From: Camelus ferus
Taxonomy: Eukaryota
Reading direction: 5' to 3'
Assembly (NCBI RefSeq): GCF_009834535.1
Contig: NC_045697.1
Location: forward strand, 37,698,001 to 37,762,000
DNA length: 64,000 nt
Shown here: positions 1 to 10,720 of the stretch, one piece after another
Numbering within the stretch: position 1 is the stretch's first letter
Layout of the letters: every line of letters starts with the position of its first letter
Position numbers and translations under genes: made by a program
The notes under the pieces: generated by a model
Database searches by the model: none
What the model saw: only the letters and a program-made list of their open reading frames with translations
What the model was told of the DNA's origin: nothing

Positions 1-3000
1 ACCATGACACAGAGAAATACAATGACAGTTGAATCCTTAATATACATCTATCTAAAAATTCTATTATCATGATTAAACATGCTCTCATATATACGTCATC
101 CAAAATTAATACTTACTGGCATTTTTTAAAAGTGAACATTATGAACTAATTCTATAAGATCTGACTCAGGAATGGTTTCTGGCACAACAACCTCTTGTCT
201 TGTTCCTCAGTCAAAGAAGCAGTAAGCTCTCCAGCAGTACAAAAGACTACAAGAATGAAGCTGGGCTGAACACTGAAATTTACTGATGAATGTGGTGATA
301 AGCAAAGAATGGGGGTCTTTTTTTCTCTCTTCATGACAGGTCCTCAAGGCAATTCGCCAACCATACTAAGAGGGGGAGGGGGGAAAAGCACAGCAATATG
401 TCATGATCTAGTCATGGCGACTGAACTAAAAGCAAATTCATTTCTACTGACTTCAAGTATATGCTGCTTAAAAGATTCTCAAGGTGGTTTAGACAGGAGA
501 AAACTTTGATTTGTAAAACAGACGCATTTGTGAAATGTTGCAGGTTACCTGATAGCATTTTGAAATGCCCAAGGGGAAGTCATTACATAAAACAATCCTT
601 ACTGAGGAATCCTAGTTAAACTAGTGACAATGATGAAATGTATTCTTTCTGTACTTTGGATTTTCACCCACCAGAAAAGTTTAAAATGTAGGACAATAGT
701 ATAAAGGTCAACACAATGCTCCTTATGACAAAACAAAGGATTCCTCTGGATTGCCATACAATGCCTGCCAGCACGGAAGTCTTCTAGAAGCACTGTCAGA
801 GTCTCATCTTGCTTTACAAGTGAAATGTACATTTTTCAACATGAGATGAACCGGACAAAAATAAGCCTCATTTCCTCAACCTTCTGTAAGAGGGTGTCCT
901 ACTTGGTTTTTAACTTGAGCATCCTGACTCTAAAGCCAAATTAAGTCCCCCCACAGTGGAATCTATGTTTAGAATACCTTGAAGGGTTCTTGAACTCAGC
1001 CCTTTATTCAAGAACGACTAATAAAGTCAGTAATGAGAACTATGCTCAGCTTGTTAAGGGGGAGCCCTGAGACATCTAGAGTTCTGGTATAAGATTGAGA
1101 TTCCTCCTCTCTATGGTTCCGTCAATAACTCTTAACCTATGCAGCTCAGAAAACAGTTCTGACCACGGCCAGCTAAGGTGCCTGGCTTTAGTGAATGCTT
1201 AACAAGCATTTGTAGGAACCAGCAATAAGGACCCTTTTATATCTCCTACTCTGGCTTGTCACCCAGTCTACACTGTGATGCCTCCATCTTGCTTTAAGGC
1301 CCCTATTAATAAAATGAGTCAATATTAATAAACTCTTTACAAAAGAGTATCTGGCACACTGAAGCATTTTTAGAGTACAGTTAAATATAAACAAACACAT
1401 AAATATTTCTTGCTGGAAGTTTAATGCTAAGGGCTGAATCTTCTGTACTTGATTTCCATGGAAGGTCTTGCTTCTGCCCAGTATGTGCTGCTGGATCCTG
1501 TCTGCCGGTTCTCCCAGTAGCTTGGGGGTTGAATGTGGAATGTTGCTGCTCACTGTAGATCTAGCCTGAATTCTCTGCTTTTGCGTCTGGGTTTTCATTT
1601 CCATTTATGTTCTCTCGGTGGCAATGAATGGGATGTTTTCAACCCTCTTTGTCAGAAGTCATTTCAGGTTAAAGAGATTCTTCACACCTAGTAGCAGGCT
1701 CGCACCAAACTTCTCCCTATACAGTGGCTCGTGATGAGTCATTTCATACCCGATTCCTCTGAAGTGCAAATGAGATCAGTCGGTGAGAGTATCTTTAACA
1801 CTGAAGAACTCAACCCACTCACAGGGATTTATTCCCAGGAAATGTCACTGCTTGAAGAAGGGAGAGAGCAAAGAGCAAAGAATGGAACAAAACTGGAGCA
1901 AATTTCAGCTTTCTGATTCCCTGCCCTTTTCCATTGTATCTAAAAGGTGAGCGCTTCAAACCACTGAAGTGTGGCCATGTGCTCTCACCGGTTACTGGTA
2001 AGTCCACTGATCACAGGTTCTAAAGTCCTAAGAATAAATAAAAGGTGAAGCTAACCTAACAAATTAAACCATATATTTTCATTCTTCTATTTTTAAACTA
2101 AAAACTATGAGTGAAGCTATTGAATCTAATGTTGTTTTACAGGTGTCAAGAAGTCACATGGAGGTCGTAGGTTGTGTTGTAAAGAAAACAAAATCTAAGA
2201 TACAACTTGACGCCTTCTCAATAACATTCATTTGATAGCTGTCAGCGTTTACTGTAATCCTTGTCTTATCAATAGCCTTCATTAGACTACTTTTTCCCTT
2301 AATTCAGAGCTCTTATCTCTGACTCAGACCTCAGCTGAGCCTGCTCTGTTCTACTCCTTTAGCTCCAGAACTTCGGGCCCGCTTGGCTGTGACATTTCTG
2401 TCTGGGTGGCTCCCCCCCAGATTCCTCTACTTCTCTCCAGTCAGATCGAAACCAGAGTAAATGACTTTATTTTACCTTTTTAACCTCTATTACCTAGGAG
2501 CATTCCATAACTTTTCCCCAAAAGAGTTGGACTTAAAACTGCTTTCACAAAGGCTGCCCAGATTTTTGCTTAGATCTAAACCCTTACTGTGGGAGAGACT
2601 CATGTAGAAAATGCACTTTATAAAAACAGGTTAGAACCCCCTTTGATCTGCGCTCACCACTCACTTGAAAGCACGGACATGACGTGCCTACTGCCCCTAA
2701 GGGAAGAGGGCACACAGATGCGGGAAGATGGGTGTGAAGAGCTCCTCTCTGAAAGGCTTTAGCTTTCTGGGTTTGCCTACATTTTATCACCTTGGTGATA
2801 AATATCTGAGAGAGGTAGAAAGAAAGACATACTAAGGGAGACAGGAAAACTGGGTTCAGTACAAAGTTGTGGGTTTAAGATTGTTACTTTTCTTCTCTCA
2901 TTAAAGCAGACAAAGGAATGTGCATTGATAGGAAAAGTTAGTCTGGGGAGTAATGAACTTAAACCTCCCATAGCTCTCATCTCGTCTGTGATGTGGTTGA

Positions 3001-3252
3001 GGAGAAAGGCTGCTGGGCATGGAGGTGGGAGGGTTCAGAGGAGCGGAAGTGTAGTGGAAAGAGAGAAACAGAAGGCCAAGGGATGGAGGAGTTTGAGAGG
3101 AGGGAGAAGAACAAGGCAAGTCAAGGGACAGAATGAGAGAGGCCAGGAGCCAAGGGGAGACAGTGTGGCCTCACCTAAAACACACCAAACGCCTCCAAGT
3201 GAAAGCTTTGAAAATAAGACCATGCAGGAAGCACTTTAAAAAGCCACAAAGT

Positions 3253-3345
3253 GGGGGAGGGTATAGCTCAGAGATAGAGCTCATACTTAGCATGCACGAG
3301 GTCTGGGTTCAATCCCCAGTACCTCCATTAAAAAGAAAAAAGCAA
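3253..3345 (+). mobile_element. tRNA-Ala-derived SINE (Vic-1-like, camelid type)
   Basis: GGGGAGGGTATAGCTCAG...CTTAGCATGCACGAGGTCTGGGTTCAATCCCCAGTACCTCCA followed by an A-rich tail; A and B boxes visible. Confidence 0.85.
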
Positions 3346-3949
3346 AATAATAAACCACAAACTTCTCTTTGATACAGGGGCAAGTGAGGAGTGAAAAGGA
3401 GCTAAGAAAGGGGGAGAGGGGTGTGGAAGACAGAAGAGAGCAGAAGGAGAGGGCCAAACCTCACCTCCAATCATTCTGCCTGAGCTGCCGAAAGCATTTC
3501 TTTATAAAGTGCGAAGTTTCAACTGAATCCAAATTCTTGGCAATGGAAACAGCGCCAGGGGCTGTTATGAGCAACAAAATCTCTTTTTCCTAAAATGAAG
3601 AAAATTCTGTATTTCTGTGAGGTCTTCTCCATCTTGAAAAGCTTAGACTTTTCTTCCGTTCATTCACTGGACAACACTGGTTCCAGGGAAATGGGAAAGA
3701 TAGGACCAAGAGGCCTGATGCACAGTTTAATGACATCTGCCAGAAGACCCTACTCTGCTAATTCCAGCTAGTGCCCCAGTCTGTAAGTGCAGCCCCAGGA
3801 AGCACATACGCCTGGAGCTACCCTCTTTTCCATCATAAAGCTGTGCAGAATGTCTCAGGGAGATGACAGGGTTTGAAAATGCTACAATGTATATTTTCCA
3901 ACCCAGGGGAAAAGAGAAATAAACAATGCTGCCATGATTGACCACTGCT

Positions 3950-4170
3950 TGATGAAAACAAAGCTAGATCCCTACCTCACTCCATATAAAAAAATAAATC
4001 CCCAATGGATTTAAGCGTATCAGAAGAAGGAAGATAATTTAGAATTTGGGCTTAAGAATTGGGAAGACTTTCACCAATATTTTAAAAACTTAGGAGATAT
4101 TTAAAAAAATAATAAAAGATAGGCCTATCCTCTGAATATTTAAACACTTCAAACGCTTGTATAAAAAAAA
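3950..4170 (+). mobile_element. Old LINE-1 ORF2 fragment
   Basis: aagctagatccctacctcactccatataaaaaaataaat encodes KLDPYLTPYKKIN, typical of the L1 ORF2 C-terminal region; ends approximate. Confidence 0.5.
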
Positions 4171-4649
4171 TCCCACAAAGAGTTGGACTACTTTTTGGTG
4201 CCAATGATTTTTAGATAATTTCACTCACTGAATTCAGGCAAAAGTGATCATTCAAAAGGGCAGTGTTGGATCTGAGGTTCGGACACTGTACGGACAGCAT
4301 AAACATTATCAAAAACAATAAATATGCCCCACACTTTCCTGCACTGTCAGGTCGGGCCCCTGTCTCGGGATCTCTTACCGCCTGATTTTCATGGTTGGTG
4401 ATTCTAAGAGGCCCAGGGATTCCTCCAGGGCCACAAATACTGTTAGAGTACCTATCACGTGTCTCTCAGTCCATGTTTTCAGAATCTCAGAAGTGCTCGG
4501 AATAGAACGTGAGTGGGCATGCGCATGAATTACTTGTGTAATGCAGAAGAGGAGGGGAGAAGCAATTACACCTCAAGCCAGAAATAGTCACCCTCAAAAC
4601 AGTTGGGATAGTATTATACCATTGTATTTTTTTTTTTACTAAGAATATG

Positions 4650-4655
4650 TTTATT
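4650..4655 (-). terminator. Candidate distal polyadenylation signal AATAAA
   Basis: Plus strand tttatt at 4650-4655. Confidence 0.65.
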
Positions 4656-4846
4656 GGATTATAAAGTATATAAACATTTTATGAAAATATCCTTTATCAG
4701 AAGAATAAGGGAACCAGTGAAAATAAAAAACAGCCACCTGGAGATGATGTCTGAGTCCCCCACCTCCAGCTTAGAAATGAGAGAAGTGACAGGGACAGTC
4801 ACGCAATCTTGCAAAGGGATTCCTTCATTTTTCACTTTTTTTTTTT

Positions 4847-4852
4847 TTTAAT
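4847..4852 (-). terminator. Candidate proximal polyadenylation signal ATTAAA
   Basis: Plus strand tttaat at 4847-4852. Confidence 0.5.
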
Positions 4853-6291
4853 AAAATGGCAACAACTGCTAAAAGCACTATGACCTTTGTTATGCTACAT
4901 AATACTGATACAAAATGTGAATAGTACAAAGTTCATTATATATAATATAAGGTTTTAATATATTACATTTGTTTCTACATAAACAGACTATAAATATATG
5001 TGCCATAGCATGTTTTATAGTCATGGTTCCCAGCATCTCACACTATGGTACCAAACGAAAAATACGTTTTCTTTTTTAAAAAGGAAAGAACAAGGGCAGA
5101 AACCAGTAGAAACAGCTTTACATGTTAAAAGTCTAAATAATACAAGATGTTGTTATAACTTTGGCTACACAATAACTGTGAAATCTGGCTAATAATTACT
5201 CGGAGGGTGAACAAAACCAAATTGGCTTTTACTAGGGTGTAGAGGCCAAAGTTCTAAAATACTGACTGGTTCAGTAAAATACTGAAGGGAGCGGGGAGGC
5301 ACGGAGATGGGAGAAGGAACAAGAGTCAAATCCTTCCCAAAGCTTTGACACCACAGCTTGACACAGACCTACTGCATTCAGGCTCAGACGTGTCACATCA
5401 GGACAGATAAGTGCGTATCCGTCCAGAAGCCAGAGCTGGTTTATACAGCCAGAAACCTTCGCCGCGCCAGGGAGCTTCCATCTGCATGTCCTCTCTTTGT
5501 GCAGTTCTGAATCAAGGATCAGCCTGGGAGACAAGGAACCAGGGCTGCATCACTTCCTTCCTGGGGCTTGTCCAGGAGACACGTAAGAGTCCGGAAGGAA
5601 CTCTCATTAGGAGTCGGAAACAGCGCAAGGAACTCTGATTTGGCCCCAGTGGGAAGAGCACGCAACCTTCTAAAACCAGTCGCCTGTCTGAAGCCTTGAC
5701 GGTTCCTAACAGACCCCACGCCCACCCCACCAGAGCCAGCACCAGGCACGCAGCACTCTCTAAGCCAGCCAGCATCTTCCTTTCCATCGGTCCAAACCCG
5801 CCATGTAACACGTGGCTTGGGACCCACATCCTAAACAAAGCTTCTTACATGGACTCAGCCCTAAAAGTCTTTCCCATCTTCAACACCTAAAGCACTTCCA
5901 TTGCCTGATTTATCGTCCAGGTGTCGACTCCCCAGGTACTGCTACTTCTTGGACGATGACGCCATGTCTTGAACATCTTTTGCTGTAACTCACGGGGAGA
6001 CCCACGGTAGGGGGCATGATACATGCTTTTTAAATGAATGAAAAAAAAAAGAATAAGGTCAACAATAGGGGAGAAGACACAAACACATTCTTAGGTCACA
6101 AGCATCTTCTCAGGAAATGCCTAGAGGACTGGCTCCCTGCAGTTCAGCAAGGTCTTTTTTTTTCTTTTTTTTCCTTTCTTGAAATGAAAATCAAATGTGG
6201 CTACTTCCTGGTGGTGGAAAGAACAACACTTGAAAATCTGAGCAGCACCTCTCATGTGATTTCCAGGAAGGGGGGATGTAAGTGCCTCCTT

Positions 6292-6514
6292 TTAAACAGG
6301 AGGAGCGCTCAGTGTGGTCCCAGACTCAGGCTGGAGAATCTGAGCTGCACTGCCAGCTTGCGGTCCCATCTCCACCAGCTTTAAAAGTTCTGCCTCCTCG
6401 CTGGAGTACACGGTCGTGTCTGTGTCATCAGAGTGATACCCGGACTGATAGCCGCTCGTCTGGTTTGAGCCTTCAGATGCCACAGACTCCTTGCTCTTGC
6501 TGGGCATCAGTCCA
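6292..6514 (-). CDS. KDR: KDR exon 30 coding part
   Basis: [38 protein letters not shown]...[12 protein letters not shown] at 6292-6294; 223 nt. Confidence 0.97.
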
Positions 6515-8271
6515 CTGGGGAAGAAAGGGCAGCTAAGTGAGTTGGCAGAGAGAAGGTGGTTCTTTTGTATCTTACCCTAACCCCATCCCCAACCCCGTGT
6601 GGGTTGTAATCTTCCTGGAGACACCAGCCCCTATCTCTCCCACTTGTTAGTCAACATATCAGGTTAACTCAGACAATGTCTGTTTTCAGGTACCAGCATG
6701 AATTTGTAGTTTCAGATAAGTCCCCTTATTCAGGTCCAAGTCTTTCAAGCCTGAGATGAGATGAAAGGCAGTTCTCCCGAGTTATGCAAAGGCTCCAACC
6801 AATGGAACATTTTTATAGCCTTGCAGATTGACAAGTTTGTATACAGCGATAGGAGCCAAAGGGCTCTTTCATGACGGGAAAGGAAATTGGGATGCTCTGC
6901 AAGTCCATTGGTGCTTTCCCCCCACTGTCGATTAGGGGATTACAAGGCATGTGGATGGTGTTAATAAAATTCTTAAGCAACTTTAATAAGTCAAATCATG
7001 TGTGTGCAATCAAGCCAGACATGTCAAAACTGCTCTTTACTCATCAAACCCACATTCTTTGGAAGGAATGAGAACCTGGATCACTCAGCAGCAACCAGAG
7101 AACATTTTCAATGGCGTGGGATCGTGACAGATGGTAATCACGTCAAAGCTTAGAAAAAAGCTTAAAAAAGCTTTTTGTAGTTTAGTGTAGGTTGTATGAA
7201 CCCTAAGCCATTTGGAAGTGTGGTGTTTTTTCCCCCTTAATAGGTGTTTTAGCAAGTTATTCATGTTAAAAATTGCAAAAAAGGATTTTATTAACTCTGT
7301 ACTCATATACAGGTTAAAAGTTATTTCAAATAACTGGTAATACATTTTTTTCTTTCAATCAAATCTGAATCAAATGGACTTAAGTCTCAAATAATGGTGT
7401 GGTACACAGTCACTACTGAAAGAATATACTTTGAATCAATGAGTGAAATATGATTGGCTCTCACAATATCTTACTTTGGGCCCAAGGCAAGTAATAAAAT
7501 TGTACAATGAAGTGTTTTAATGTTTTGGGGGTTGTTTTTACACGAGCATCACTCAATAGCCATGAGTGGTCCCATATTATCCAACAGTTAGATTATAAGT
7601 AGATCAAATTTTTTTTCTATTCTCACCTAGAGTAAACCTGCTAGCAAATAAATAACTACCCTGTATATTATTATTCTTACAAACACAGTGTCTCATTTAT
7701 TTGTTAAGTTAAAAGCAGGTACATCTATTCAAAACAACTACAAATTCCTATGGAACTACATGGGGGAAATTATATTCAAAGCCAAGTTTAGTATTTTCCC
7801 CACAATTAAGTACTTAATAATTCAGTCAATAGTATTTAATTACTTTAAACAAATAGATATTGGCTTATTTATACATCATACTTCTTAAGAACAGATGCAC
7901 CCATTTCTGTACAAGTTTCAAAATTCTTCAGAGTCTGCAAAGATGTCAATCATCTCGGTGGTGTTAAGGATCACACCCAATGACCTCTTTGTTTTAAGCC
8001 AGTACCACACAAACCACTAACCATAGTAAAGATGCCCAGAAATTCCCTACTATTCACAAATCCTCATAAAAATTGATCAAATCCTCTGATTTCAGATTCC
8101 TTTTTTAGACTTGCCAGTTAATTTGATTCGGTTCCGCTCTTTCTTAGGTTGATGCCAGTTTGCCCAACGGACAGACACAAAGAGGGAAAGCTCTGAACCT
8201 ACACTGAAAGTCCTAAGTGCCTTCCAAAACTTTCTGCGGAAATTTGTCTTTTCTCTTTGGCTGAGCCTTAC

Positions 8272-8357
8272 CTAAAAGATGGGGCTAATTTGGTTCTGTC
8301 TTCCAGGGTTTTCAGCTCTTCGGATGCAAGAACCATTCCACTGTCCGTCTGGTTGTC
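8272..8357 (-). CDS. KDR: KDR exon 29
   Basis: [28 protein letters not shown](S); 86 nt; acceptor ...tcttaaaaaag|. Confidence 0.95.
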
Positions 8358-8865
8358 CTTTTTTAAGAGACAATGAGATGGCACAGTTGATTGAGCTTGT
8401 CCACTGACCAACTCCTTAATTAAACTGATTTCCTAACCCATCTATCGGACCACATTCCAAAGTTCTGTAGAGGGAGGTAAAGGCATCGTGACCCAAGAAC
8501 CATGCAGGCTACAGGAGGAAGCAACTGCTTCCAAGAAATAGACCCAGGCCTGGAAGAAGAGAGGCACTTAGGATGAAGGAGCTGAGAAGACCCATTTCCT
8601 TCCCTCTTTCCACAAGGATACTATTCACACTTGAGTGGAAGTGGGCATGAAGCTGGACTGTCTGGAACCTTCTGCCAGGGGCTTCACTTATGGAAAAACC
8701 AAGGGTTCCCAAGAAGTTCCATGTCTATAATGACCCCTTGACACACGCCCTCAAGGACAGCCTTATAACGAGGCTCCAAGACTCTAATGCTTAGGCTAAT
8801 ATTTATCTAGCTAACGTTTCATCTTCTGTATTATTCCTGAGACTATTTTTAAAAGATGTACTTAC

Positions 8866-8965
8866 ATCTGGGATTACTTTTACTTCTGGTTCTTCCAACG
8901 GGATATCTTCAAATGTTTTTACACTCACAGGCCGGCTCTTTTGCTTACTGTTCTGCAGATACTGA
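8866..8965 (-). CDS. KDR: KDR exon 28
   Basis: [33 protein letters not shown]; 100 nt. Confidence 0.97.
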
Positions 8966-10244
8966 CTGCAAAAGAACAAATATTTATATTTGAGTGGTGG
9001 TATATTTGGCTACAGATCCCACAAGAGATACCTAAGTTCATTATCTTTCAACCACAAGTTTAATAGCCACCTTCAAAACATCCTCTGGAAAAAGAAAAAC
9101 CAAACCAAACAAAAATCTTTCTCTGCCTGCACACACACTGAAGGCTTAATTTCCTGTGAAAGTCCATTTAAAAGTATAATACAACTGAAGGGCCTAGAAG
9201 AGCCGTTTTTCCTTTGAATCATACTTCTGAGGTCCAGGTCTGGACTGAAGACAACACAAGCAGACTCAAGATCAGCTGCCTTCTGCTTGGCTTCCTGATT
9301 GCCTGCGATTCCTCCACTGAGCTCCCTGCATATTACCGAGCATTGCACATCTCTCTGGCCATCTCCTAGGCAAGTTGTGCTAGACAATGCTCACAGAGCA
9401 ACCATTCAATGAAAGATGGCCAGAGGAAACACCTGCAGAGCTCACTGAGTCTCACCTGGGTTCAGTGAAGGATGCTGAACCCAAAAGGGTCTGGAGACAA
9501 TCTTCTCATTCTCCATGTAACAGAAGCTTACTGGGTGGAACGGAGGTGGGCTGAGTCTCACAGTCTCCTGTGTTCAGCTCACAGAGTTGGGGCTGTAGTT
9601 TGAGAGTTGCGAGATAGTTTGTCTATTTCTAAGTCTACCCCGGAAGACACAGATTTGGGAAAGTCATTAATTATTTCTATATCTCTGTTGCCCCATCTTT
9701 AAAAGGTACTGGCAATAGCTTTCCTTCCCTTACTCACAAAGATACCTGGAGGATGACTGACGTGATTAATGGTGGATGGTAAGTGGGTCTTAGAGCGACA
9801 CGCCATCAAAGCTTGTTTTCCTCCTTTGCATTCCAAAGGGTACCAGTTTCTTTCAGGAGTCCAAAGAACAGGACTTGTCAGACATCACATCACCTGTTCC
9901 CTAGGGGAGCTCCTTCCCTGCCATGTGGCTTTGGGTGAGTCTGAGTGATTCTGTTAAAATCAGCCCAAGTGGAGAGAAGGAAGTCCTTTCCCAGGAAAGG
10001 ACAGCAAATTCACTCTTCACTCTTAACCCAGTGTACTTCGATAACGGAAGCCCAGTCTCCCTCCCCTGCCCCAGGAGGCTGGTTCCTCCTCTTACATAGA
10101 AGAGAGTGAGGCTCACCAGTGACGTCCTCACTCAGGAAACTCCACAGGACAGAGAACATGATATACAAGAAGAGAGAAGCACCTACTTCTACGTCCAGTC
10201 CCTGAAAGTGGTGACTATCAAAATGTATTGGTACCACAGTCAAT

Positions 10245-10720
10245 CATTCATTCATTCACTTATCCAGGAATCCTTTACTGAAACTCCCCCACGTGCCAGG
10301 CACTGTGTTAGGTGTTCCTCAACCACTGTCTCATGCATCCCCACAAACGGGGCCTCTCTAGGGGTGGCTATTATTCTCCCAACTTCAGATAAGGAACTGA
10401 GGCATAGAAAGGCTAAGGAGCCTGTCCAAAATCACCTATTGGAATATCTGAATTATTATCTTGAGGGCAATGGCAGCCGCTGAAGAATTTTAAGCAGGAG
10501 ATTGACAAAGTCAGCTATGCCCTTTAGAAAGATGACTCTGGGTTGAGGAGGGTAAGACCAGAGGCCATGAGACCCATGAGGGGGTGGTTCCACTACTCTA
10601 GGAGAAGGAGGAGTGGCCTGACTAAAGAAAGGTGATGCCCACAGGGTCTGGAGGAGTGGACAGATCCCAGAGGTATCTGGGATGTAGCATCAGCTGGAGT
10701 TGGTGAGCTGGGACAGTCAT
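10245..10720 (-). mobile_element. L2/MIR relics
   Basis: cattcattcattc...gtgccaggcactgtg, aaggaactgaggc and L2-like purine-rich sequence; boundaries approximate. Confidence 0.5.

Larger units (their letters stand above)
4630..6291 (-). other. KDR: KDR 3'UTR (3' end approximate)
   Basis: Follows the stop codon; AU-rich distal part; ATTAAA at 4847-4852 and AATAAA at 4650-4655 (minus strand). Confidence 0.75.

Noticed and set aside
3253..3330. Possible real tRNA-Ala genes (here and at 53676)
   Set aside because: Mismatches and indels in the stems, A-rich tails and a TSD identify them as SINEs
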